DNA from: Chiloscyllium plagiosum
Taxonomy: Eukaryota
Reading direction: 5' to 3'
Length of the DNA: 20,000 bases
Assembly: GCF_004010195.1 (NCBI RefSeq)
Contig: NC_057758.1
Location: 1,348,343 to 1,368,342, forward strand
The position numbers and the translations under genes were made by a program. Below are positions 10,351 to 20,000 of this stretch, one piece after another (the stretch's first letter is position 1; every line of letters begins with the position of its first letter). The notes beneath the pieces are model-generated. The model was not told the DNA's origin and did not search any database. It saw only the letters and a program-made list of their open reading frames with translations.

Positions 10351-11068
10351 TGTTATGATTTGTGGTAAACACTCTGTCAATTTAAACCAGACACATAGAA
10401 AAGCTCACCTCGCCTCGAAATGTGTTAAAGTATTGGTGACAAAGAACTTTCTAACTTCGACTATTGAAGGAAAGCAATTAACAATTTGTTCATTAACTAA
10501 AAGTGAAGAGTACATTCAACAACTCTCGGTACTGTAAGCTTCCATCACTCGAGTGATTTATCTACCTCCCACTCTACAACAACATACTGATCCGATAAAA
10601 ATCTGGTTAAGATTTACAGAGATAAAAAGAATTCAAAACCAGCGATTTGTCCGTCTTTCCTTTGTACCTTCCTCTACAGATTTTCTGAGTCATCTTTTCT
10701 TTGGTCTTCTGCTGCGCAGGTTTCAAAAAGCGACTGGAGGCAGTCTGTTGGTACTGTCTACACTTTGACTAACTGTTCAAAATGCTTGGGTTTTTTTTTG
10801 TACCACAAAACGTAAGATCGCTTCATTGATTTGATCTCGTCAAAACAGTAAAATTCTAATTTGATTGGTCGTTAGTGTCTGGGGTATCATTTAAACTGAT
10901 TGGCTCAATTTGAATTGTTGTGAGAGAGAAAATTAGCTCAGGTATCTGTTTTAAAGCCAAAAGTTATTTTTTTTTCAGAGCACTCTGTGCTTGAATTCAG
11001 TCACATGACAGACATGCCAGCTTTTCAACTCTCTTAAAGGTTCATTAGTCGCATGCAACTTCTTAACA
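10351..11068 (-). mobile_element. Gypsy 5' LTR (about 718 bp)
   Basis: Termini tgttatga...tcttaaca (TG..CA, short inverted ends). Lies just upstream of gag on the minus strand. Homologous to 2230-3362. Confidence 0.8.
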
Positions 11069-11213
11069 CGCCCGATGAACGAATGAATGCCGAATAACTT
11101 CTTGCCAACTCGCTTGACCTGCGTTCCCATCTTCAGGGGACAATGGACCTGCACACCCAGATCTCTCTGTATATCAAATTACCCCAGGGCTTCTCCATTT
11201 ACTGTACAGTTCA

Positions 11214-11510
11214 GAGAAAGTGACGACTGCAGATGCTGGAGATCAGAGTAGAAAAGTGTGATGCTAGAATAGCACCACCTGTCAGGCAGCAACAGAGAAC
11301 TAGACGTGAGCCCTTCATCAGGAATGGCGCTTGTTGACCAAGGAGGCAACTTGGAGGGGACGGTGGTTGGGACAGTGATGTGCAGTTGAAATTGGGGGTG
11401 AAAGTGATAGGTGAGAACAAAGACGAGCAGGTAGGACCATTCAAGAGAGTGGTGCCGAGTTGGGAGTTTGCCACTGGAAAGGTCCTCGGCCTCCTCTATT
11501 GTCAAGATGT
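11214..11510 (-). mobile_element. Older PLE 3' fragment with a deleted hammerhead, plus a short inverted ORF piece at about 11482-11510
   Basis: gagaaagtga.gactgcagatgctggagatcagag is the reverse complement of the PLE tail. gagcccttcatcaggaat is the reverse complement of the CUGAUGA-stem II half. gtcctcggcctcctc matches 2651-2666 in the opposite orientation. Confidence 0.72.
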
Positions 11511-12416
11511 CCTGGGCACCCGCCATCACCAAATATCGAAGTGAGACAGAACCAAAGTGTTATAAAGTTTCAACATGTCATCCTGACTCTTGAACTCGAT
11601 TCGAGCACCACCTTCTTTACCACCCTTCCTAGCTGCGTGACCATTTTCAGGGAGCTATGGACTTGAACCCAAACATCCCTCTGTATATCAGTGTTTTTTC
11701 AGCTTCCTACCATTCTTTGCCTGAAACTTGGTCTCTCAAAGTGCAGGACTTCACACTTAGGTAGATTAACTTCCGCCTGCCATTTCTCTTACCCATATCT
11801 GCTCCTGACCGACATCCCACTGTGCCCATTCACAGCCTTACACAACATCCTTAACTCCACAAATCTTTGCAACGTCTTCAAACTCAGTAACCCAACCAGG
11901 CACATTTTCACCCCAGTAATTTATATGTCATAAACAGCAGAGGCTGTTGTAGGAATCCCTGCGGAACATCATGAGTCACCGGCCTGCAGCCTGAAAATCT
12001 CCCTCCGCCACTACCCTCGTGCTTCTCTGGGCAAGCCAATTCAGATTCCACCAGGCAGAGTCACAGCAAATCCTGTGCATGTTAATCTTGCAGATGAGCC
12101 TACCATGAGGGACGTTACCGAAAGCTGGACTGAAATCTATGCAGGCAACATCCACTGTTCTATCCTCATTGATGACTTTTATCACTGCCTTGAAAAATTT
12201 GAATGAAGTTAGTAAGGCATGGCTTACCCCACACGAAACCATGCTAACTGTCCATAATTCTGCCATGCTTTACTAACTGAGTGCACATCGTATTCCTAAG
12301 AATTGTCTCCAATAGCTTCCTAACCAGCAAAGTGAGTCTCACCAGTCTACAGTTCACTGGATTACCATTATTCACCTTCTTGAATAGCAGAACCACATTA
12401 GCTACTCACTAATTAT

Positions 12417-12730
12417 GGGCGGCATGGTGGCACGGTGGTTAGCACTGATGCTTCACAGCACCAGAGACCCGGGTTCAATTCCCCCATCAGGTGACTGTGT
12501 GGAGTTTGCACATTCTCCCCGTGTCTGCGTGGGTTTCCTCCGGGTGCTCCGGTTTCCTCCCACAGTCCAAAGATGTGCAGGGTCAGGTGAATTGGCCATG
12601 CTAAATTGCCCGTAGTGTTAGGTAAGGGGTAAATGTAGGGGTATGGATGGTTTGCGCTTCGACGAGTCGGTGTGGACTTGTTGGGCCGAAGGGCCTGTTT
12701 CCACACTGTAAGTAATCTAATCTAATCTAA
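12417..12730 (+). mobile_element. Full-length young HE1-type tRNA-derived SINE
   Basis: A box tggcacggtggt 12428-12439, B box ggttcaattcc 12472-12482, V-SINE-like core (tgtgtggagtttgcacattctccccgtgtctgcgtgggtttcctccgggtgctccggtttcctcccaca), (taatc)n tail. Highly similar to 18898-19152. Confidence 0.92.
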
Positions 12731-13175
12731 TAATTCTCCAGGACTACTCCCGTTGCTAATTTGGATACAAAGATCTTGGTAAAGCCCACAACAATGTACT
12801 CTCCTGCCTCTCTCAATAATATAGTTTAGATACTGTCAGACCCTGGGGACTTACCCATCTTAGTGTTCTTCAGAAGACCCAACGCCATTTTTTTCTAGCA
12901 TATTGGCATGCTCCACACATACGTCACCACCCTCCACATCCATCTCCTGGGTGAATGCAAATTCCTCATTTCCGATCTCATCCACATCCGCTGCCTCCAT
13001 GATCAAGTTCCCTCCTTCAACCTACAGTGATCCTACTTTTCTCCCTCAGTATTTCTTTGTTGTCCAAGTTTATGAATTAAACAACAAAGTCGGGTTGAAA
13101 TGCCCTTGTACCAATTCAATAGACCGGAGTCGATCCATTGTGTTTTCAGACTTTGGATGCCAAATCACAGTTTCG

Positions 13176-13240
13176 GCAATTAGTGATAGGCAATAAATGC
13201 TGTCCCAGAAAGTGACACCTACATCCCATGAATGAGAAAC
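13176..13240 (+). mobile_element. Possible diverged LINE/SINE 3' tail fragment
   Basis: gcaattagtgataggcaataaatgctg...cacctacatcccatgaatga resembles a common elasmobranch retroposon 3' end; recalled, not verified. Confidence 0.35.
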
Positions 13241-13366
13241 AAATACATTTTATATTCTCTGCAACTAACGCCAGCTTGATGAAGCAACTGATGTGGTAGT
13301 CATCTTCACCATCATATTTAAGCCTTTAGCCAATCGTATTCTCTCAACACTTACTGCCTGTTCATA

Positions 13367-14726
13367 CATAGAGCATAGAACATTAAAGCACAGTACAGGC
13401 CCTTTGACCCTAGATGTTGGGCCAACCTGTGAACCAATCTGAAGCCTATCTATCCTACACTATTCCATTTTCATATGCGTGTTCATCCAATGACATTATA
13501 AATGCCCTTAAAGTTGGCGAGTCTACTGCTGTTACAGTGCATTACACGCCCCTGACTACACTCTGAGTAAAGAACCTGCCTCTGAAATCTGTCCGACATC
13601 TATCACCCTTCAACTTAAAGCTATGTCCCTTTGTGCTAGCCATCACCATCCAAGGAAAAAGTCTCATACTCTCCACCCTGTGGAGGGTTACTCTGATTAT
13701 CTTATACGTCTCAACTAAGTCACCTCTCGACCCTATTGTCTCTAACGATCACAGCCTCAAGTCCTTCACCCATTCGTCATAACACACCTTCTCTCCAAAC
13801 CAGGCAACGTCCTTGTAAATCTCCTCTGCACCCTTTCCACCTCCTTCCTATAACGTGGTCACCAGAACTGTATGTAATATTCCAAGTGTGGCCACACCAG
13901 AGTTTTGTGCAGCTACATCATGACCTCATGGCTCTGAAACTCAATCTCTCTGCTAAAACAAGCCAGCACCATATTTCGTCTGAACAACCCTGTCAAGCTG
14001 GGTGGAAACTTTCAGGGATCTATGTATATGGACACTGAGATCTCTCTGCTCATCTACACTACCAAGAAGCTTACCACTAGCCCAGTACTCTTTATTCCTG
14101 TTGCTCTTTCCAATGGGAACCACCTCAAACTTCTCCCCATTAAACTCCATTTTCCACCTCTCAGCCCAGCTCTGCATCCTATCTACGTCCCTGTGTAACC
14201 TACAACATCCTTCAGCATTATCCACATCTCTACCAACCTTAGTATCATCCGCAAATGTACTAAGCCATCCTTTTAAACCTTCATCTAGGTCATTCATAAA
14301 AATGCCAAACAGCAGTAGACCCAAAAGAGATCCTTCTGGTAGATCACGGGTAACTGGAATTCAGGATAAAACATTTCCCATCAACCACCACCCTCTGTCT
14401 TCTTTCAAGCTAGCCAATTTCTTATCCAATATGATAAATCACCCTCAATGACATGTCTCCGTATTTTGTGCAATAACCGACCTTGGGTAACCTTAGCAAA
14501 TGCCTTACTAAAATCCATACACACCACTTCAACTGCTTTGCCCATATCCAGCTGCTTCGTCACGATCTCAAAGAGCAAAATAAGGTTTGTGAGGCACGAC
14601 GTATCCTTCAAAAAACCCTGCTAATTGTCCCTAAACAACTTATTCCTTTCCAGATGATTATAAATCCGATCTCTTATACCATTCTCCAACACTTAATCCA
14701 CAACTGAAGTGAGGCTCACTGGTCTA
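13367..14726 (-). mobile_element. CR1-clade (HER1-like) LINE, 3' portion: RT C-half and 3' UTR/tail
   Basis: ORF 14405..14611: SCLTNLI..FE.VTKQLDMGKAVEVVCMDFSKAFAKV. ORF 13953..14324: LLFGIFMNDLD..LSTFADDTKVG...WAERWKMEFN.EKFEVV. The tail catagagcatagaacatt is the reverse complement of the CR1 (ttctatg)n-type end. Confidence 0.92.
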
Positions 14727-15009
14727 TTTTGAAACACTCGGGGAAGTGCCTTTTCTGAGTCTTTACATCACTCGTCGATGTTGTGTACTCTCTAGCATCA
14801 CCACAGACCAAGGACCAGGTGATACTGGTGGTATATGAGGCTGGTTGTTTTCGTCATTATTACCAGGGATTTCGACCGACTGATGTTGGTGATGTTGTCG
14901 GTGTTTGTGGACCGGCATCCCCCCCCCCGTTTTTAATTTTTTTTTTGGTGGGGTTCAGCCTGTCCATGTCTCGGTGAAAGATCTTGTCTCACCGTTTGCG
15001 GTCATTTGC

Positions 15010-15540
15010 TCACTTGCCACTGAAGAGTTGTAAGAGTTCGAGTGTCAGTGATAGAGTGAATCTTGATGTCTTTTGGGCGAACGTGTCAAATCTCTCGATA
15101 ACGAGGAATTTCACGAGGCGGTTATTCATGTCCAACCACTTGCCTCGTGCGCCCATCACAAAGCCAAAGTATTTGAGGTCCACGCCTCCCACCAATTCCG
15201 TGACCGCGGCATTTAGTTGTTTACATTTCTCGCGTTTTTCTCGCCATGCTGTTTCCAGTGCTTTACTATCATTCTCGTACCGCACTGTGACACCTACAAC
15301 CGCGATCTTCTCCTCTTTTCTAAATCTGAGATCGGGCTTCCATAGGGAGCCGTCTTTGGCAAACAGCCTGGGCTCCACGTACGGTGTCCAGCCGTACTTA
15401 CTGACATGTTTCTGCAACTAGTCAGCGATCGCGTTATGGTGTTTAATTTGAGCGTTTTTCACAAATGGGTAGCATCCTGAGACGTGTGAGATGGTCTCGG
15501 TTGCCGTCTCACACCTTCGGCACGGTTTGCTTCGGGTTTG
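15010..15540 (-). pseudogene. R2 C-terminal CCHC knuckle and restriction-like endonuclease domain
   Basis: ORF 15010..15417 (EPRLFAKDGSLWKPDLRF...VVGVTVRYE...GARGKW) plus the upstream CRRC..H..GC motif at about 15450-15530. The second catalytic D appears replaced by G. Confidence 0.88.
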
Positions 15541-15556
15541 ACCTTTCTCTAGATAG

Positions 15557-16011
15557 GACTAGCCACACTACCATACATCAGGAGCATCTCGGAACTGACA
15601 GCCAGACTACTGCGACCTACCGACATTCTGGCAATAATACTCACGACGTGTGCTCTGGAACTTGACACCTGCCAAGCCAAGCTGTTTCAGTACCAGTACG
15701 ACACTGGCATCTACCGACAGTGTGGAACATCACCGACGTATATTCAGCACAAAAACACAGGACAAATACAAACACATCGACCTGGACCCAATATACCGAC
15801 CACTACAGCGGACAGCTGAAACTGACAACCGGAAGCGGCAGGGACAGGCCACTATAAACACCGGAGGAAACATCAAAGAAGCGCTTCGCAGGAGGCTCCC
15901 AAGCACTGATGATGTCGCCTAGCCAGGGGGCGAAACGTTTGCAACAAAAACTTCCAGCTCGGCGAACAGAACCACAACAACGAGCACCCGAGCTACAAAT
16001 CTTCTCACAAA
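15557..16011 (+). mobile_element. Second-family Penelope-like element, internally deleted or mosaic, inserted in the R2
   Basis: 14-bp TSD ctttctctagatag at 15543-15556 and 16012-16025. Contains LATLPYIRSISELTARLLRP (PLE thumb/linker-like), KHIDLDPIYRPL (PLE C-terminus-like) and a hammerhead near the 3' end. Confidence 0.85.
15903..15942 (+). ncRNA. Minimal type I hammerhead ribozyme motif
   Basis: Stem I gca/tgc, CUGAUGA 15906-15912, stem II gtcgcct-agcc-agggggc (1 mismatch, 1 GU pair), GAAA 15932-15935, cGUU. Confidence 0.8.
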
Positions 16012-18813
16012 CTTTCTCTAGATAGTGTGGCTCTTGTCGGGTATAGATTACACCGCAGGAGCACTCTGTTTATGAATCTAGAGGATTTTTGTTGTACTCC
16101 GGCTTTTGTCCAAGAATTAGAGATCTTGTCATCTCTAAAGTACTGGATGCCTGCCCCTTGACATTCCAGTTATTTTCCACTTTTCGAATTCCCACTCCCT
16201 CAAACCAACATACCTATTGGGTGGTTTTCTGTCCCCCCCACCCCGCGTTTGCCTCCTGGAGTGCAGGCATGATGTCTTGGATGGCGGTCATCGGGTCCAT
16301 TTCCCCCTCGCCACTTTTGCGGCTACTGGGTTGGAAATTTTCAATTTCCGTGAGGATCTTGAGCTCGGGCAGTCCCGCAACGGTCTCTGTGTTGCTCTCT
16401 CCGTTATATTGAAAGGAGGCCCGAAAGACCACATCACTGGACATGTCGAGTGCCTCGCGTTTGCGAACAATCGCGGATGGGATTTGCACTTCCAGTTTTG
16501 GGACACCTGGACTGCTGTCCCTGTTGCTGGCGTATAGCACTCCATCAGTGGTATGAGGTGGCAGGTGTAGGAATTCTTTGGTGGCGTTACGGATTAGTTG
16601 GTCCAGTTTTACGAGAGTTGCCTGAGATGCTTCTGCCAGGATCAGGTGGAAGTACAGTCTGGGAATGACGTGTATCTTGAGGATCTCCAGCCGTTGTCAT
16701 GGTCGGAGTGGTGCCTGCCTGTATTCCTTTAACCCAGGACTTCAGCTTCTCCTCCCACTCCCTTTCTGCCACACCTGCCCATGGATCGAACCGGGCACCC
16801 AGGTACTGCTCTGTGTCGCCTGGGGGTATGTAGGCTAACTAAGGTTTTACTTTTAAATGTGAAGTGGAATCCCTTCGTCTTCACTGTGTTAATACTGAGG
16901 CCTGTATGGTCTGGAGCAGCTTCAGATTCCTAGCCATTCTGGTGTGTGAGTCGCTGAGAAGGCCGATGTCATCCACGAACACCAAGGTCGAGCAGTGGAC
17001 TCTTCTGCCGCCCAGCGGCATGGAGACCCCTGAGTTGGCCCTCTCCAGAGAGCATACCAATGGATCCAAAGCGACGTTAAATAATATTGGTGAGAGCCTT
17101 GTTTTACGCCCCTCTCAATGTTTATTGGTGTGGTTAAGTTTCCGTCCCCTTCCACCACTGCGGTGTTGCCAGTGCATAGGTCTTCGATGAGACTTACAAA
17201 GGCTTTGGGGAGTTTCACTCTTTGCAAGGATTTGATCAAGAGCTTGTGCCCAACTGAGTCACACGCTTTCGCTCAATCGACAAAGACAAGAGCGAGGTCC
17301 TTGCGATTGTGCTTTGCTCACTTCATGCTGTTTTCAAGATGACAATGTTTTCATTGCATCCAGGAGTGGCTGCTAGGAACCCCTTTTGCCTGGGGTTTAT
17401 TTCGACTGCTTCACTCAGGCGTTTTGCCATTATTTTCGTGAACAGCCGGAGCAGCATCAGACCGATGGTTATTGGTCGCCAGTTGTCAATGTTTTTCAAG
17501 CGGCCCTTATCCTCGCACTTAGGAATCAGGACCGTTCAACTTTTTTTTTTAGTGAATCGGGTATCGTGCCTGACTTTAGTCATAGGGAGAAGAGGCAGGG
17601 TAGACTAGTTTCCTCTTGCTCATGTCCTGCAGTTTCAGGCCGTCTGGTCCGGCGGCACTGTTCTCGTCTATCCCCTTAATGCTCGCTTCAACCTCCTCTA
17701 CCTCGATGGGTTTCATCAAGGACCCATCATCGACTTTGCCAGTGTATAGGGCATACTTATTTATGTTTGATTTTTTATTTGGTGCTGACAGTTTCTCAGA
17801 GAAACATGTCTCCAACTCCTCTTTTGAGAGAGGACAGGAGGATGAGGTTGGTGTCCCCGTGATCTAGTTGGCGCTGGTTAGTTTTGTAAAGCTGCTGTGG
17901 CACTTTGCTACCGGTCATTTTGTCTTTCTTGGCCCGGTCTTTTTGAGGCCTCTTGTCTTGTCCTGTCTTTTCCGACTATTCATTAGTAGGTCGGTAATAC
18001 TTTCCACTCGTCCGATTCCGAGGGGAAGCGTGTCCGGGTCGTTCCTCGCACTCAAGAGCACTTCAGCTCGTGTAAGCTGGTCATCTACGTCCCGATGTTT
18101 AGGGATCGAAGCCGGTGTTCTTCGGCTGGCTCTTTGGCGTTGGGCTCGATTGTCGGAATTTTCCTGGACACTCTCTGCCTCGGGATCGTGCGCGTCTCAT
18201 GGTTGTGAACTCTGCCGGGGTGTTTGCCAGGAGCCTGCGGTTATCCGAGATTTGCTTTGGTGTTTTTGTTTTAAGGATGCTGGCGATGGATTTCTTTGAT
18301 AAACTTGCGTCCTGCAAATCTCACCTCCAATTCCCTCAGGAGTGCCACCCCCTCCTGTGACCGTACGCGGTCACTTCTCCCAGGTTTGCCCTTGACTTTG
18401 GGTGCCGGCTTGAGGCGTTTCTCGTTGCGTAGAACCAGTTGTCTGTGCCTCTCGCGTTGACCAAGGCCCGACTGTGTAGAAAACGGTTGCGCTGCATGCA
18501 AAGTCCCCAGTTGGGGGGTGCTTTGCTCCTTTGCATTTTGGATAGTGGTAGGCGATTGAATGGTATTCTCCTGCTTTGTCACAGCGTGAACATTTTGCTC
18601 GGATGTTCTTTATTCCGTGCACTTTAGTGACATGAGTCTTAAACAGGCTCCCCATGGGGAAGAGGGTCTCTGCAGAACAGCCCATCGGCAGGGTAGTGGA
18701 TGATTACCTCTGGGACAAATGTTCTGCCACATGCTGGCTCAATAACAACTCCTTCCATGAAGGCAGTTGCATCAGCTGTTTCCTCGCCAGTCTCATTTTT
18801 AGTCTTTTTGAGG

Positions 18814-19927
18814 TGATGACCAGAGTTGTCTCTCCTCCCCTTCTTAAACAATGGGACGACTTTTGCTCTCCTTCAGTCTGATTGCACTATTTCCGCCGTT
18901 CAATTCCCGCCTCAGGCGACTGACTGTGTGGAGTTTGCACGTTTTCCCCGTGTCTGCGTGGGTTTCCTCCGGGTGCTCCGGTTTCCTCCCACAGTCCAAA
19001 GATGTGCAGGTCAGGTGAATTGGCCATGCTAAATTGCCCGTAGTGTTAGGTAAGGGGTAAATGTAGGGGTATGGGTGGGTTACGCTTCGGCGGGTCGGTG
19101 TGGACTTGTTGGGCCGAAGGGCCTGTTTCCACACTGTAAGTAATCTAATCTATTCCTGTGGACAAAATGATGACAAAAACATCAAAGCCAAAGGATCGGG
19201 AATCTCCTCCCTCGCTTTCCAGAGAATCCTAGGATAAATCCCAATCGGCCCAGGGGGCTTGTCTATGTTCACAGTGACCAGAATTGCTAACACCTCATCC
19301 CTGTGAACCTCAATCACATTTATTCTAGCAGTGTGCATCTCAGTACTCTCATTGACAACACTGTCATTTGCCAGTGTGAAAACTGAGGAAAATTATTCAT
19401 TTAGAAATTCTACTATCTCCGTTTACTCCACGCACAACTTCCCACTATAATCCATGATTGGCCCTAATCTTACACTGCTCATTCTTTGATTCCTGACATA
19501 CCTGTAGAAAATATTATGGTTTTCCTTGTTCCTATCTGCCAACGACTTCGCATGTCTCCTCCTTGTTCTACTTAGCTCTCGCGGTTTCTTGGGTGACTAG
19601 CAACTCTCAAGTACCTTAACTGAAACTTCACATCCTATCCTAACATAAGCCTTCTTCTTCCTTTTGACAAGAACTTCAGCTTCACAGCTCTCTGGTTCAA
19701 CAACTTCCTCCCTGCTGGATAGGTACTTATTTATCAAGGACACGCAGTAGTTGTTCATTTGTGCCCATCCCCTGCAGATTCCCTCCTCATCCTATGCATC
19801 CTAAAACTTGCATAATCGCATCATAATTGCCTTTACCCCAGCTATAACTCCTGCCATCCGGTATACAGCTACCCCTTTCCATCGCTAAAGTTAACATAAG
19901 CGAATTGCGGTCACTCTCACCAAAGTG
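18814..19927 (-). mobile_element. CR1 LINE, 5' continuation of the 13367-14726 copy, interrupted by an HE1 at 18898-19152
   Basis: The minus strand reads VVPLFKKGRRDNSG up to the R2 junction, and RPVSLTS resumes at about 14725. ORF 19150..19338 contains KPPGPIGIYPRILWKAREEI.PLALMF (CR1 KSPGPDGIYPR motif). Confidence 0.88.
18898..19152 (+). mobile_element. 5'-truncated young HE1-type SINE
   Basis: Starts inside the B box (gttcaattcc). Near-identical to 12473-12722 apart from a few substitutions and a short indel. (taatc)n tail. Confidence 0.92.
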
Positions 19928-19952
19928 GAAGTTAGGGATAGGGAAATATAGA

Positions 19953-20000
19953 GGGTAAAAACAATGACTGCAGATGCTGGAAACCAGATTCTGGATCAGT
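19953..20000 (-). mobile_element. PLE 3' tail running off the window (same subfamily as 1558-1670)
   Basis: ggtaaaaacaatgactgcagatgctggaaaccagattctgg is identical to 1556-1596. Confidence 0.85.

Larger units (their letters stand above)
11100..13060 (-). mobile_element. Old fragmented CR1-clade LINE ORF2, interrupted by a PLE and an HE1; boundaries approximate
   Basis: ORF 11976..12266 contains VDVACIDFSPAFGNVPHGRLI (CR1 RT motif VDVVYxDFxKAFDKVPH). DNA similarity to the 13367-14726 copy, e.g. atggac..cagatctctctg. Confidence 0.78.
14727..18813 (-). mobile_element. R2 non-LTR retrotransposon (clade A-like), 5'-truncated and decayed, inserted in a CR1 LINE
   Basis: Minus-strand order: C2H2 remnant (..FKTHVTKVH), CCHC (CSRCDKAGEYHSIAYHYPKC), C2H2 remnant (FAC..FSTQSGLGQRERHR), Myb (RSQEGVALLRELEVRFAGRKFI..IASILKTKTPKQISDNRR), RT (SAAGPDG; RTVLIPK..NWRPITIG; RQKGF; RGVKQG; LVFVDD; YLGARFDPW), CCHC (CRRCETATETISHVSGC), RLE (KHHNAI; WKPDL; KREK; GARGKW), stop at 15010-15012, ~283-nt 3' UTR. 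Frameshifts throughout. Confidence 0.9.

Noticed and set aside
12417..12490. tRNA gene
   Set aside because: The A/B boxes belong to the tRNA-derived SINE head, which continues into the SINE body.
12413..12706. Paralogous ORFs MWKQALRPNKSTPTRRS... (also 18844..19134) that look like a small gene family
   Set aside because: They are antisense translations of HE1 SINE copies, with no evidence of being protein genes.
14690..14730. 28S rRNA fragment flanking the R2
   Set aside because: The flank translates as CR1 ORF2 (RPVSLTSV) and is continuous with the LINE. The similarity to 28S is short and gapped.
1..20000. CRISPR array or prokaryotic defence/retron system
   Set aside because: There are no regularly spaced repeats or operon-like intact ORFs. 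All RT remnants belong to eukaryotic retroelement clades.

Overview
Non-genic vertebrate DNA made almost entirely of nested retroelements. The HE1-type SINEs and the CR1 and Penelope families point to a shark or other elasmobranch (inference from recognised repeat families). I find no host gene. Left half (1-11068): a decayed Gmr1-type Gypsy LTR retrotransposon (order gag-PR-INT-RT-RNaseH) caught in a near-identical inverted duplication (1-830 with 5753-6582; 1770-2296 with 4762-5288). Right half: two decayed CR1 LINE copies, two young HE1 SINEs, and a ~4.1 kb 5'-truncated R2 (clade A-like: 3 zinc fingers + Myb, RT, CCHC, restriction-like endonuclease). The R2 sits not in 28S rDNA but bluntly inside a CR1 ORF2, at a site loosely resembling the 28S target; this is the most interesting observation. 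Several short Penelope-like (PLE) insertions have 11-15 bp target-site duplications, minimal hammerhead ribozyme motifs and fold-back structure. All family assignments come from motif recognition by eye; no database search was run.
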